The position numbers and the translations under genes were made by a program. This document shows positions 1 through 13,400 of a stretch of DNA of 64,000 bases, one piece after another; positions within the stretch are counted from its first letter, which is position 1, and the number at the start of each line of letters is the position of its first letter. Source of the stretch: Pyrinomonadaceae bacterium (lineage in GTDB: Bacteria > Acidobacteriota > Blastocatellia > Pyrinomonadales > Pyrinomonadaceae). The notes beneath the pieces were generated by a model, which had not been told where the DNA came from, ran no database searches, and was given only the letters and a program-made list of their open reading frames with translations. The stretch spans positions 224,001 to 288,000 of the forward strand of contig JBKBYA010000002.1 of assembly GCA_046313635.1 (NCBI GenBank), in the 5' to 3' direction.

Positions 1-3000
1 TGTCAGCAGCCTGACCGGCGTGCTCGGCGTCGCCAACGGCGGCACCGGCCTCGCAGCGCCGGGAGCGAACAACAACTTCCTGCGCAGCAACGGCACGGCA
101 TGGGTCAGCGGGCCGATGACCGCGGCCGACATCGTCGGCGGCAGCACGAACTACATTCAAAATTCGACCGCGACGCAGGCCTCGGCAAACTTCAACATCT
201 CGGGCAGCGGCACGCTCGGCGGCACGCTCTCGGCCTCGGTCGTCAGCGCGGCGACGCAGTTCAATTTAGGCACGCAGCGTCTCTTGGCGGCGCCCGGTAC
301 GGGAAATGTGTTTGCCGGCATCGGCGCGGGCGCGGCAAACACGACGGGCACCGGCAACGCGGCGTTTGGCAGCGACGCGGGCACGGCAAACACGACCGGC
401 AGCAACAACGCCTTTTTTGGCGAAGGCGCGGGGGCGGCGAATACGACCGGCTTCTCAAATTCATTTTTTGGCCGCGCCGCCGGCAGCGCGACCACGATCG
501 GCGACAGCAACTCATTCTTTGGCAACGGGGCCGGCGCGGCCAACGTCGCGGGTACGCAGAATACCTTTGTCGGCCGCAACGCCGGCAACTCGAATGGCGG
601 AGGCAGCGGCAATTCGGTCTTCGGCCATAACGCAAATGTCGGCTCGGCAAATCTCACCAATGCGACAGCTATCGGCAGCTCGGCTCTGGTCACGCAAAAC
701 AACTCGCTTGTACTCGGCTCGATAACCGGCGTCAACGGCGCGACCGCGTCGACGAGCGTCGGCATCGGAACGACCGCGCCGAGCGAGCGGCTGCACGTCG
801 TAGGCAACGGCCTCTTCAGCGGCAATCTCAGCGTCGGCGGCACGATCACGGGTTCGCTCAGCGTCTCTAATCTGACCGGCGTTCTCGGCGCGGCCAATGG
901 CGGAACGGGCATCAATTCGCCGGGAGCGGCGGGCTCGTTCCTGCGCAGCACGGGAACGGCCTGGGCGGCGTCGCCGATCCTCGCGGCGGACATCCCGGCA
1001 GGCAGCTCGAGCTATATTCAAAATCAGAACGCCGCAGCGCAGGCCTCGGCAAATTTCAACATCTCTGGCAGCGGCACGCTCGGCGGCTCGCTGACCGCGG
1101 CAAGCGCGACGATCACCGGCGCCGCAAACGCCGGCTCGGCAAATATCACCGGAGCGCTGACCGCGGCGAGCGGGACCTTTACGGGGCTGGCGTCGGCGGC
1201 GACCGTCAACGCGACGTCGCAATTCAATTTTGGCGGTCAGCGGATCTTGAGCGCCGCCGGCACGTCGAATCTCTTTGCAGGCATCGGCGCGGGAGCGGCC
1301 AATACGACGGGAGCGAGCAATTCGTTCGTCGGTCCAAACTCGGGCGCGGCCAACACCACCGGCGACGGCAACTCCTTCGTCGGAGCCAATGCCGGCAATG
1401 CGACGACGACCGGTCTGCAAAATACGTTCGTGGGCCGCAACGCGGGCGGCACTAATACAACCGGCTCGGGCAATACGACGCTCGGCTCCAATGCCGACGT
1501 CGGCAGCGCCGCGCTGACCAACGCCACCGCGATCGGCGCCAATTCGTCGGTCACGCAGAGCAACTCGCTAGTACTTGGCTCGATCAACGGCGTCAACGGC
1601 GCGACCGCCGATACCAACGTCGGCATCGGCACTACGGCCCCGGCGCAGAAGCTGCACGTCGTCGGCAACACGCAGATCACAGGCAATCTCACCGTCGGCG
1701 GGACGATCACCGGGACCATCTCGGTGCCGGCGACCAGCATCACCGGCGTGCTTGCCGCGGCCAACGGCGGCACCGGACTGTCGACGCCAGGCACCGCGGG
1801 CAGCTACCTCCGCAGCAACGGCACGCAATGGACGAGCTCCGCGATCCAGGCCGCAGACATACCGGCAGGCAGCACGAGCTATATTCAAAATCAGAATGCC
1901 GGCCCGCAGTCGTCGGCCAACTTCAACATCTCGGGCAGCGGCACGCTCGGCGGCTCGCTGACCGCGGCGAGCGCATCGGTTGCCGGCGGCGTCTCCGCCG
2001 CGAGCGCGACCCTGACCGGGGCGCTCACCGCCGGCAGTGCAAACGTCGGGGGCAACCTGACTGTCGACACCAACACGCTGGTCGTCGACGCCGCCAACAA
2101 TCGCGTCGGCATCGGAACGGCGACCCCGACATCGACCGTCGGCGTCGCCGGCGAGAGTGCCGCGGCGATCTCTATGGAGCGGCGGACCGCGCCCGACACG
2201 GCTGGAAACCAGTTGACCGTCTCGGCGGGCGGAGCGGCCGTGGGCGGCAGCAACAACGCCGGCGGCGATCTGATCCTGACGTCCGGCACGTCGACCGGCA
2301 CCGGCGGCTCAAATATCGCTCTGCGGACCGCTTCGCCGGGCACTCCGGGTACGACCGACAACGCTCCGACGACAAAACTCTTCATCGCGGCGGCCGGCAA
2401 CGTCGGCATAGGCACGACCTCGCCGAGCGAGCGTCTCTCGGTCGCCGGCAACGCGAGCGTGAGCGGCAATCTGACGGTCGGCGGCTCGATCACAGGCTCG
2501 CTTAACGTCAGCAACATTTCGGGCGTGCTGCCGACGGCGAATGGAGGGACCGGACTGTCCGCTCCCGGAGCCGCGGGCAGCTTCTTGCGCAGCAACGGCA
2601 CCAACTGGACGACCTCGACCATAAATGCGAGCGACATACCGTCGGGCAGCGGCAACTACATTCAAAATCAGAATGCGGGCGCGCAGGCCTCGGCCAATTT
2701 CAACATCTCGGGCAGCGGCACGCTCGGCGGCACGCTCACGGCGGCCGGCGGAGCATTCAGCGGCGCGGTCACCTCGGCGAGCGCGACCGTCAGCGGGTCG
2801 GTGAATGCGGGCAGTGCCGCGATCACCAACGCGCTCACCGCCGGCAGTGCAGCCGTCGGCGGCAACCTGACTGTCGACACCAACACGCTCGTCGTCGACG
2901 CCGCCAACAACCGCGTCGGCATCGGAACGGCGACCCCGACAAACGCACTCTCGCTCGCCGGCGAGACCGCGCAGACCATCGCACTCGAGCGCCGCACGGC

Positions 3001-4081
3001 AGCATCCTCCGCCGGCAGCGCTCTGACCGTCGCCTCCGGCGGCGCGACGAGCGGCGGGAGCAACTTGAACGGCGGCGATCTCGTGCTCGCATCGGGCACG
3101 TCGACCGGCACCGGCGGCTCGAACATCGTCTTTCGGACCGCGACCCCGGCCGCGACCGGGACGGCCGATAATTCGCCGTCGACAAAGATGCAGATCGCCG
3201 GTAGCGGCTCGGTCGCGATCGGCGCAAATCCCACCAACGACACGCGCCTCACGGTCACTCGTTCGGGCGTCGAGAATGTCGATAACAACGCCCTCTCGGT
3301 CACCAACGCGACCACCGGCAGCGACCCGCTGCTCTCGCCGGCAAAGTTCACCGCCAAATTCTCCAATACCGGCGCCGTGCTCGGCGACAGCAGCGGCGTG
3401 CAGGTCGACAACCTCTCGACCAACATCGTCAAGGACGGCCTCGTCAAGAACGGCCTCGTCGTACAGTCGACCGGCGCCTTTACGGGCGACACCGGCGCGG
3501 CGACAAAGAATTACGGACTGACGGTCACCGTCGCCGGCGCTGATGAGAACTACGCCGCGACATTCTCGGGCGGCAACGTCGGCATCGGCACCACCGCGCC
3601 GCAAGACGCGCTGACCGTCAACGGAATGATCCGCGTCTCGACCCTTGGCTCGGCCGGCGCGACGGCTCTCTGTCAAAATGCGTCGAATCAGATCGCAAGC
3701 TGCTCGTCGTCGCTCCGCTACAAGACCAACATCACGCCGTACCTGCCGGGCCTCGCCTTTATCCGCCAGCTGCGGCCGATCGCATTCGACTGGGTCAGCG
3801 GCGGGCTAAAGGACGTCGGCTTCGGTGCTGAGGACGTCGCACGCGTCGACCCGCGATTCGTGACCTACAACGCAAAGGGCGAGGTCGAGGGCGTCAAGTA
3901 CGACCGGCTCAGCGTCGCATTCGTCAACGCCTTTACCGAGCAGCAGCGCCAGATCGAAGAGCAAAAGAAACAGCTCGACGAGCAAAACAAAAAGCTCGAC
4001 GCGCAGCAAAAGCAGATCGACGCCCTCGTCCGCGCCCTCTGCACAAAAGACCCCGCCAGCGACATCTGCCGCGACCGCTGA
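1..4081 (+). CDS. Large Gly/Ala/Thr/Asn-rich repeat fibre-like surface protein with C-terminal peptidase S74 (intramolecular chaperone) domain and coiled coil; 5' end lies outside the window
   Basis: Frame is open from base 2. Four modules each contain YIQNxxxxxQxSANFNISGSGTLGG; Hep/Hag-like GxNxFxG repeats and repeated VGIGT motifs. C-terminus SSLRYKTNI...LRPIAFDW...GFGAEDV...VKYDRL followed by a Q/K/E coiled coil matches the S74 chaperone pattern. Confidence 0.85.
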   Translation, partial: VSSLTGVLGVANGGTGLAAPGANNNFLRSNGTAWVSGPMTAADIVGGSTNYIQNSTATQASANFNISGSGTLGGTLSASVVSAATQFNLGTQRLLAAPGTGNVFAGIGAGAANTTGTGNAAFGSDAGTANTTGSNNAFFGEGAGAANTTGFSNSFFGRAAGSATTIGDSNSFFGNGAGAANVAGTQNTFVGRNAGNSNGGGSGNSVFGHNANVGSANLTNATAIGSSALVTQNNSLVLGSITGVNGATASTSVGIGTTAPSERLHVVGNGLFSGNLSVGGTITGSLSVSNLTGVLGAANGGTGINSPGAAGSFLRSTGTAWAASPILAADIPAGSSSYIQNQNAAAQASANFNISGSGTLGGSLTAASATITGAANAGSANITGALTAASGTFTGLASAATVNATSQFNFGGQRILSAAGTSNLFAGIGAGAANTTGASNSFVGPNSGAANTTGDGNSFVGANAGNATTTGLQNTFVGRNAGGTNTTGSGNTTLGSNADVGSAALTNATAIGANSSVTQSNSLVLGSINGVNGATADTNVGIGTTAPAQKLHVVGNTQITGNLTVGGTITGTISVPATSITGVLAAANGGTGLSTPGTAGSYLRSNGTQWTSSAIQAADIPAGSTSYIQNQNAGPQSSANFNISGSGTLGGSLTAASASVAGGVSAASATLTGALTAGSANVGGNLTVDTNTLVVDAANNRVGIGTATPTSTVGVAGESAAAISMERRTAPDTAGNQLTVSAGGAAVGGSNNAGGDLILTSGTSTGTGGSNIALRTASPGTPGTTDNAPTTKLFIAAAGNVGIGTTSPSERLSVAGNASVSGNLTVGGSITGSLNVSNISGVLPTANGGTGLSAPGAAGSFLRSNGTNWTTSTINASDIPSGSGNYIQNQNAGAQASANFNISGSGTLGGTLTAAGGAFSGAVTSASATVSGSVNAGSAAITNALTAGSAAVGGNLTVDTNTLVVDAANNRVGIGTATPTNALSLAGETAQTIALERRTAASSAGSALTVASGGATSGGSNLNGGDLVLASGTSTGTGGSNIVFRTATPAATGTADNSPSTKMQIAGSGSVAIGANPTNDTRLTVTRSGVENVDNNALSVTNATTGSDPLLSPAKFTAKFSNTGAVLGDSSGVQVDNLSTNIVKDGLVKNGLVVQSTGAFTGDTGAATKNYGLTVTVAGADENYAATFSGGNVGIGTTAPQDALTVNGMIRVSTLGSAGATALCQNASNQIASCSSSLRYKTNITPYLPGLAFIRQLRPIAFDWVSGGLKDVGFGAEDVARVDPRFVTYNAKGEVEGVKYDRLSVAFVNAFTEQQRQIEEQKKQLDEQNKKLDAQQKQIDALVRALCTKDPASDICRDR
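2021..2940 (+). repeat. Intragenic direct repeat pair, 2021-2130 and 2831-2940
   Basis: Manual alignment gives 5 mismatches in 110 bp at an 810-bp offset; both copies encode ALTAGSA..GGNLTVDTNTLVVDAANNRVGIGTATPT. Confidence 0.9.
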
Positions 4082-4103
4082 TACAGGCGCATGCCTTAGA
4101 TAG

Positions 4104-4139
4104 AAACGCCGTGCCTCCATTAAAAAGCACGGCGTTTTT
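4104..4139 (+). terminator. Intrinsic terminator after the S74 fibre gene
   Basis: Stem aaacgccgtgc (4104-4114) / gcacggcgttt (4127-4137) running into a T tract. Confidence 0.75.
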
Positions 4140-4177
4140 CAATTTACAGAACACATCTTGAATCTGCCCCAGACGGT

Positions 4178-4205
4178 TTGACAGTATCGAGAATCCGGCT
4201 ATACT
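4178..4205 (+). promoter_or_regulatory. Sigma70-type promoter for the giant surface protein gene
   Basis: TTGACA (4178-4183), 16-nt spacer, TATACT (4200-4205), about 235 nt upstream of ATG 4440. Confidence 0.65.
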
Positions 4206-4439
4206 GCTCATACTTTTTCCACCACCAAACCATTCCAGGGAAGTTTTACTTGATCCGGCGCGGCCTCGTTGCATCCTCGCAGCCTTACCGCGAAGCGTCC
4301 GCCGCCGCCTCAGCGATCCTTCAGGCATCTGACCGCCTTCGCCACGATGCCCTGGCCGTTACCCGGTCTTTATTTAGTAGTACCAAACCAACTAAACCGA
4401 ACAGGAGAATTCCCACTCACTAGGGAGCACTACACCACA

Positions 4440-7400
4440 ATGTCCAATCGCCGAAACGCCGTCACGTTCCGACTCGCTATCACTGTCTCGATCATCACCA
4501 TCTCGCTGCTGGCCACCCTGGCCAACGCATCCGCCGCGTCAGCGATCGGCCTCGCAAACTTCAACTGGCAAGACCTCATCCCAAGCCTCATGTCGGCTTC
4601 CAACGACTCGGCTGACGCCGAGTCCGAGAAGATCATTGCCGAAGCTCTGGCGATACTGCCGCCTACGGTCAAGACCGTATGTTCGGCGGGTGGAGCTGAC
4701 TTTACGTCGTTGGGCGGGGTAAGCGGCGCAATCGCAGACCTGAACACAAACTTTGTGACGGGTAACGTAACATACAATGTCTGCGCAGGACACACGGAAA
4801 CACTAACTGCCGCGCTGGCTATTACCGCGACTGGCTCGCTCGGCAACGACATAATCATCCAGAAGAGCGGAGCCGGAGCGAACCCTCTAATTACGGCATA
4901 CGTTGGTACGGCAACGCCCGGTAGTGCCACCCCCGACGGAATGCTTCGGCTACAGGGCTCGGATTACGTAACAATCGACGGCATCGATTTTACCGACCCG
5001 AATCTCGCCAATCCGGCAACGATGGAGTTTGCTATTGGTCTATTTAAAGCGACAGCTGGAAACGGAAGTAACAACAATATCATTCAGAATTGCACCATTA
5101 ACGTACAGAGAGTTAACAACGCGACGGGCTCTACCCCGATGGTCGACGGGTCTGTCGGAATTTTGGTGATCAATTCCACAGCAACAGCAGCGACTACCGC
5201 TCTTACACCGACTAACGGCGGCACGTTGGCGACCAACGGAACAAATTCGGCAAACAAGTTTTACGCAAACACGATCAATGGTGGCAATTATGGAATCGTG
5301 TTTTCAGGCTACGCCGCTTCAACTGGCGTGGGACCGGCGCCAACCGCGACGACGTTCTTAGGCGATTTAAGCAATGATGTGGGTGGGACGTCGGCAGCAA
5401 CAGGAAATACCATTCTTAACTTTGGCGGCGGCGGCACAACCAACGCTTCGGCAGGTATTCGTGCAAACAATCAGTGGGGAATAAACATTTCGTATAACAC
5501 TCTGAACAATAACAATGGTTCGGGCGTTAATCATGCGACAACCTTTCGGGGTATTTACGCTCAAGCGGGAACCAGCGCAAACGCCACAATCAATAACAAC
5601 ACAGTCACTATTCGAAGTGGAGCGTCGACGAATGCGCTTACCGCCATCGACAACGGAATTGGTTCAACGGCTGCGTCGAACACTGTGACTATCAATAACA
5701 ACACCGTGAACATTGGCTACAGCACAGCCACTACCGGTGTTGCTACCGCAATCGGCAACTCCGCGACGGCCGCAACGGTAAACATCAATGGAAATACCAT
5801 TCAGGGAATAAGCGGAACACCACTTTCCGGAACTGGCACTCATGTAATGCTTGAGACCGGTTCACCAACGACGGTCACCAGCAGCAACAATATTGTTCAA
5901 AATCTAAGTAGAGACGGAGCGAGCGGATCGTGGCGCGGTATCAAAACGACGAGCCCGACGAACTGGACCGCGAATGGTAATACCGTAACCAATCTTAGCT
6001 GGACGGCCGCTGCATCAACGGGCTCGATCGACGCGATCTATAGTTTTAGCTCAGCTGTCAACGTCACTGCTAATAGCAATTCAATTACAAATCTCTCAAC
6101 CCCGACGACGGGTACTATTACCGGTATCAATGAATTCGGTTCGTCGGGACTCAAGATCATTCAAAACAACACAATTTCCAATTTTTCAACTACGGCGGGC
6201 GGTGCTGGCGGCGCGACATTTCGTGGCATTAGCGAATCTACTGGTACAACCAACGATATTAGCGGGAACACGATTTTCTCCCTGAATAGTACGGGGACAA
6301 CGGGCGGAACAAGCGGCACAATTGTCGGAATTACCGTTTCCAGCGGTACTACGAACAATATTTATAAGAATAAGATCTATGACCTTTCCACAACCAGCAC
6401 CGGCGCGACTGTAAACGGAATTACTCAGAGCGGCGGTACGACAAACAATATTTACAATAACCTAGTTGGCGATTTGCGCGCTCCGGCCCTAAATGCCACC
6501 AATTCTCTTAATGGCTTGAACCTCTCCGGCGGCACAACAAATAACGTTTACTTCAACACCGTATATCTTAACGCGTCGAGCACCGGAGCGAATTTTGGAT
6601 CCAGCGCCCTAAACGCGTCAACAACCCCCACGCTTACATTGAGGAACAACATCCTCGTCAATACTTCGACCGCCACGGGAACTGGCCTAACTGTGGCGTA
6701 CCGCAGAACGAATACAACGTTGACCAGTTACGCGAGCGCATCCAACAACAATGATTTGTACGCCGGTGTCCCGAGCGCGACGAATCTGATCTTCTACGAT
6801 GGAACAAACTCGGATCAATCGATCACCGCCTACACAGCGAGAGTTGCTTCACGTGATTCGAATTCGTTTAGTGAGAATCCGCCGTTCCTGAGCACGACCG
6901 GATCGAATGCTAATTTCCTTCACATAAATCCCGCGGTTGCCACGCAACTCGAAAGCGGCGGTACCTCGGTTTCGGGTATAACCGACGACTTTGACGGGAA
7001 TACTCGCAACGCAACGACGCCTGATGTCGGAGCCGACGAATTTAACGGTACGTCTCTCGACCTAACTGCTCCGAGCATTACGTACACGGCATTTGCGGGC
7101 ACTGCGAGTACCGCGAACAGAAATCTGACGGCAACGATCATAGACGCGAGCGGCGTAGCGAGCGGCGCCAATGCCCCGCGCATCTACTTCCGTAAGGGTT
7201 CAACAGATACGTTTGTTTCGACTCAATGCTCCGGTACAAGCCCAACCTACACGTGCACGATCGACTACTCGCTCGTAACGGGCGGCAGCGTTACAACGAG
7301 CGACGTTATCGAGTACTTCGTCGTGGCGCAGGACACGGCAGGCAACGTCGGGGCGAACCCGAGCGGGGGCTTCACGGCGACGAGCGTTACGTCGATCACC

Positions 7401-10400
7401 ACGCCGCCAACTACGCCGAATAGCTACACGATCCTTCCTTCGATCAGCGGAAATAAGAATGTCGGCGCTGGCGGCGACTACGCTACGCTGACGGCCGCAA
7501 TCGCCGATCTGAACAGCAAAGAGATCGTGGGCCCGGTAACCTTGACGCTGACCGATCCGAACTATACATCTCCGGCCGAGACGTTCCCGTTGGTCATCAA
7601 TGCGAACAACGGTTCCAGCGCGACCAATACAGTAACGATCAAGCCAGCCGCCGGGGTTTCCGCGACCGTGTCAGGGTCGGTTGGATCTGGATGTTTGATT
7701 CGGCTCAATGGAGCTGATTACGTTTCGATTGACGGGTCCAACAATGGATCGTCGTCTCGAAATTTGACGCTCACCAACACATCGACGAGCACGACGAGTT
7801 CGGCATTGGCCACCATTTGTATCAGTAGTCTCGGCACAGCAGCCGGAGCTACAAACAATACTGTTAAGAACACCAACATTAGTACCGGTACCGTGACTGC
7901 GAACGGAAGTTACGGGATTTCGGTTGGCGGGACCACGCCAGGTACCGCCGGCGCCGATAACGACGGCACCACTCTTCAGAACAACAACATCACCCTTGCC
8001 ACCACAGGGCTCTACGCGGCGGGCACCGCTTCAAATAGCACGGGCGGAAACGACGCGCTTCTCATCTCCGGAAACACAGTTGACTCGAACACGACACTAC
8101 AGAACTACGGCGTTCAGGTCAGTAATGCGTTAAACAGCACGATCACGGGTAACACGATCAGCGTGCAAACATCCGGAGCGTTTCAGCCCACAGGAATTTC
8201 GCTTGAAACGGGCTTCGTTTCCTCGACAGTCTCCGCTAATACGATCACCAAAGCGCTCGCAACAAATACGGGCGGCTACGGTGGTCGGGGCATCACGATC
8301 GGTACGGGTGCGGCCTCCAGCAATTTGACAATCGCCAATAATGTCATCTATGGCGTTAACGGTACGAACTGGAACACTTTCGGTAACTCGTCGTCGATGG
8401 GCATCGCGATTGGCATGATCGGCGGCAGTACAACGATCTCGACGACTGCGGGCGGCATCAACCTGTACTACAACAGCGTCAGCATGACCGGCAGTATGGG
8501 CTCAGCTTCGACGACGGCACTGACGACGGCGCTTTATGTCGGCTCGGGTGCGACCGCGCTCGACATCCGCAATAACGTATTCGCGAATACGCAGGTGGCG
8601 ACTAGCACGACGCAAAAGAACTATGCCATCTATTCTGCTGCTGCCAACACTGCCTTCACGACGATCAACTACAACGATTACTTCGTGAGTAATTCGTTCA
8701 ATGCTGCGTCGGCAATACCGGGCTTTATCGGGTCTGACCGCACCAACTTGTCTGGCATCCAGTCCGGCTTTGGGCAAAACGCTAATTCGATCATCGCTGA
8801 TCCACTTTTTAATAATTCAGCAAGCAATCTGCAGCCCCAAACAGGCTCGCCCGTGCTTGGTGCGGGAAGTCCGATTGTGGGGGTCACGACCGATATTCTC
8901 GGCACGACTCGCAGCGGATCGACTCCTTCGATCGGCGCGTATGAGGCTGGAGTCGATACGGCCGGGCCGATTATCACTTATACCGCTTTTGGTAATACAT
9001 CCAGCGCTTCGGATCGAACGCTGACAATTTCGGCGACCGACACTTCGGGCGTACCGGCGTCGGGGATCGGGCTTCCGGTGCTTTATTTCCGTAAAGGTTC
9101 ATCTGGCAGTTTTGCCTCGAGCCAGTGCACGTTCGTTTCGGGCAGCAGCTACAACTGTGCGACGAACTATGCTGCGATCGGCGGCGTGGCAGCCGGTGAC
9201 ACGGTGCAGTACTTTGTAGCGGCGCAGGATAGTCTCGGAAACGTTTCGGTCAATCCTTCAGCCGGCGCCGGCGGTTTGACGGCGAACCCCCCTGCGGCAG
9301 GTACACCGCCGACATCGCCGAATAGTTACCTGATCTCGATAACATACGCGGGCTCCTTCAACGTCGGAACTGGCGAAACATATACCTCGCTGACCAACGC
9401 CGGCGGCCTCTTCGCTGCTCTGAATGCGGGTGTGTTGACGGGTAATGTCACGATCAACATCACGACCGACCTCACGGCCGAAACGGGCAGCATTGCTCTT
9501 AATCAACTCGCCGAAGAAGGGGCAGGTGCGGGCACCTATTCCTTAACGATAAGACCAGCCGGTGCGGCTCGCACGATCTCGGGAAGCGGTTCTAATGTCA
9601 TCAAGCTGAATGGCGCCGATCGCGTGACGATCGACGGCTCGCTAGGCGGAGGAACAGATCAAAGTCTTACGATCAGCAATTTGAGTACGTCGAGCGGCAC
9701 GACCGTGATTTGGATCGGGAGCATTGGGGCTGGGGCGGGCTCGAATAACGTTACAGTAAAAAACTGCATTATTAGGGCCGGCACCAAGGGAACTGGTTCT
9801 GCGGCGACGACCGTTGTTACGACGTTTGGCATTTTTGCCGGAAACACGTCGGGCGCGGCGGCAGGTCCGGACAACGACAATCTGACCATCCAGAATAATC
9901 AGTTCCTGAGATCGACGTACGGAATTCAGGCCGTCGGCGATACGACCGGGGCCAATGACAATCTGACGATCCAGGGCAATGTCTTTGGCGATCCAGCAAC
10001 CGATACCAACAGTATCGGTCGGATCGGAATGCTTTTGAGCTACGTCAACAACGGAAACGTCTCGCAGAACACGATCAGGAACGTGGTCGTGGGCGATTCA
10101 GGGAATTCAACCGGAATCCTTCTCAGCACCAACTTCCTGAATTCAAGTGTGACGCGGAACAACATCTCAAACATCCGCTACACCGGCACGGGCGGCTACG
10201 GCGGAAAGGGAATCGATATCGCGACCGGCAACGCGACGAGCGGCGTGACTATCGCGAACAATTTTATTTCCGATATTAAGGGAGACGGTTGGAATCTACT
10301 CTCTTCGGATTCCATAGTCGGGATCCGCGTGGGCTCAACGACAGGCGGCGTGAACGTTTACTTCAACTCGGTTTGTCTCTGCTCGGGCGCGTTTGCGGGC

Positions 10401-13400
10401 AATTCTTCGGGAACGGTAAGCGCGGCCTTTGCTGCCATCTCCGGCGCATCGGGTCTCGATCTGAGGAATAACATATTCGCGACCAATCTCGACAACACTG
10501 CCTCCACGTCGGACAAGACCTACGCGGTGGCGACGACGGCGACAACCAACTCACTCTTCACTACGATCAACTACAACAACTATCGCGTGTCGGGCACGCC
10601 CGGCTTTGTCGGGCTGTTGAATGCGGTCGACCGCCTGACACTGGCAAACTGGCAGACGGCAAGCGGACAGGACGCCAATTCTATGGCCGTCGATCCGCTA
10701 TTTGCGACGGCTTTGGATCTTCACCTTCAGTCGGGTAGTCCAGTCGTTGATCAGGGAACCACTATCGCTGGATTGACCGTCGATTACGACGGCGACTCGC
10801 GGCCGCAGGGCCCGGCGGTGGATATCGGGGCCGATGAGGTAGTCATCACTAATACTGCGCCGACGATCACTGCTACCACGGGAGTAACTCGACAGGCCGG
10901 GTCTGCGGGGTCTAATTCGACGATTGCCACGGTCGGGGATGCGGAGAGCGGAGCCGGTAGCGTTACCGTGACGGTGACGAGCGCCAATCCTTCGAGTGGC
11001 GTGACGATATCTAACATCGTGAACACGAACGGCACCGTCACGGCCGACATCGTGGCGGCGTGCGGGGCGACTGATCCCGCGACATTCACGCTGCAGGCAA
11101 GCGACGGCACACTCACGTCGACGTCAAGCTTCAGCGTCGCGGTGACGGCTAATCCGGCGCCGACGCTTACCTTCAACAATCCGTCCTCGATCCAGCTTAA
11201 CGGCTCGACGACGGTCAATCCGGCGACCTCGGGCGACAATGGAACGGTAAGTTACGCGCTGCAGGGACAGGGAACTTACACGGGTACGATCTCTGTCAAT
11301 AGTTCGACCGGAGCGGTCTCGATCAGCAACGCGGCACCGGCCGGAACGCACACGATCACTGTGCGGGCGACCGACAATTGCGGGGCGACGACCGATGCTT
11401 CGTTCAGCCTGACGGTGGTGACGCCGACGATCAATATCACACCCGGAACGGTGGGCTTCGGCGACCAGATCGTCAGCACGACGAGCAGTGCTCAGACGGT
11501 GACGATCGGCAATAACGGCAGTTCGAATCTAACGATCGGCACGGTCACGGTGACCGGCGCCAACCCGGGCGACTTCAGCATTACCAACTCGCCTTCTAAC
11601 GCGACGATCACGCCGGGTAATTCGGTGCAGTTCTCGGTAACGTTCACACCCTCGGCGGCGGGAGCGAGAGCTGCGACGATCAATATTCCGAACAACAGTT
11701 CAAATAACCCGAGCGCAACGGTCTCGCTGACCGGCAACGGCACGCAGCCGGGAACGCTTCAATTCGGAGCCGCAACCTACTCGGGCGGCGAGAATGGCGG
11801 CAGTATCGCGTTGTCGGTTACCCGTACGGGCGGAACCGACGGCGCGGTGTCGGCGCAGATCACATTCAGCGGCGGCAGCGCGACGGGCGGTGCGTCGTGC
11901 AGCACTAACGGGGTCGATTACGTCAACACGGCGATCACCGTGAACTTCGGGTCCGGCAGTACAACGCCTTCGCAGGCGATCTCGGTGCCGATCTGCGACG
12001 ATTCGGTGTACGAGGGCAACGAGACGTTCGGCGCGACGCTCGGCAGCTTTACCGGCGGCGCCACGGGCGGCAGTCAGACGACGGCAACGGTTACGATCAA
12101 CGAGAACGATCCGCAGCAGTTTGCGCTGACGGTCAGCAAGAACGGCTCCGGCAGCGGCACCGTGACCAGCGATCCCGCCGGCATCAATTGCGGTTCGAAC
12201 TGTTCGGCGAACTATGATGACGGGACAAACGTCACACTCACGCCTGCGGCCAATCCCGGCTCAGTATTCACGGGCTGGAGTGGTGCCTGCACGGGAACTG
12301 CGGCGTGCGTCGTTTCGATGACGCAGGCACGCAGCGTGACGGCGACCTTCGTCAGGGTTTATACGCTCACGGTCACCAAGGCCGGAACGGGCGGCGGTGT
12401 CGTGACGAGCTCGCCGGCCGGCATCAATTGCGGCGTTGATTGTGACGAGGATTATCAGAGCGGCACGGTCGTAACGCTAACGGCGACGGCGGACTCGACT
12501 TCGACGTTCAGCGGCTGGAGCGGTGCCGGCTGCAGCGGTACCGGATCTTGCATCGTTACGATGTCGCAGGCGGCCTCTGTGACGGCGACCTTTACCCGTA
12601 ACCAATACGCCCTTACCGTTTCGAGGAGCGGCTCGGGCAGCGGCACCGTGACCAGCGATCCTGCCGGCATCAATTGCGGTTCGAACTGCTCGGCGACATA
12701 TGACGAAGGCACGACGGTAACGCTGACCGCGGCAGCCCACGCCGGCTCAACCTTTGCTGGTTGGAGCGGCGCATGCAGCGGCACGGGGTCGTGTGTGGTG
12801 ACCATGACGTCGGCCGCAAACGTTACTGCGACCTTTAACACAACGGTCACGACAATGCAGTTTGACTCGGCGTCGTACTCCGGGGCCGAGGGAACAGCCG
12901 TGACCGTTACCGTAACGCGCGCCGGCAATTTGAGCGTAACGAGCACGATCAACTACGCAACAGCGAACGGGACGGCGACGTCCGGAGCGTGCGGTTCGGC
13001 CGGCGTTGATTACCTCGCGGCTAGCGGGCAGCTGTCGTTCGCGGCCGGAGAGACGAGCAAGACCTTTACGGTGACGCTCTGCACCGACGCTCTGTCGGAA
13101 AGCACGCCGGAGACCATTAATCTTGCGCTCAGCGGAGCAACGGGCGGTTCGGCCGGAACGCCGGCCGCGGCCGTGATCTCGATACTCGACGCGGCGGGCG
13201 AGTTCGTCAATATGACGCCTTACACGATCGCCAATAACGGCACCGGAACGATGGGCGATATCTCGGTGTCGGGTTACGCGACCGGCGGCGTCCAGGGTGT
13301 GAGGGTAACGCTATACGGCGTGACACATTCAAATCCTGACGATCTCGACATCCTGCTCGTAGATCCGAGCGGCTCGCGCAAGTTCGTGCTGATGGGCGAC

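Noticed and set aside
100..3676. Numerous long overlapping ORFs on other frames and strands of the first gene
   Set aside because: These are shadow ORFs expected in GC-rich repetitive coding DNA; their translations are Arg/Pro-rich and lack motifs.
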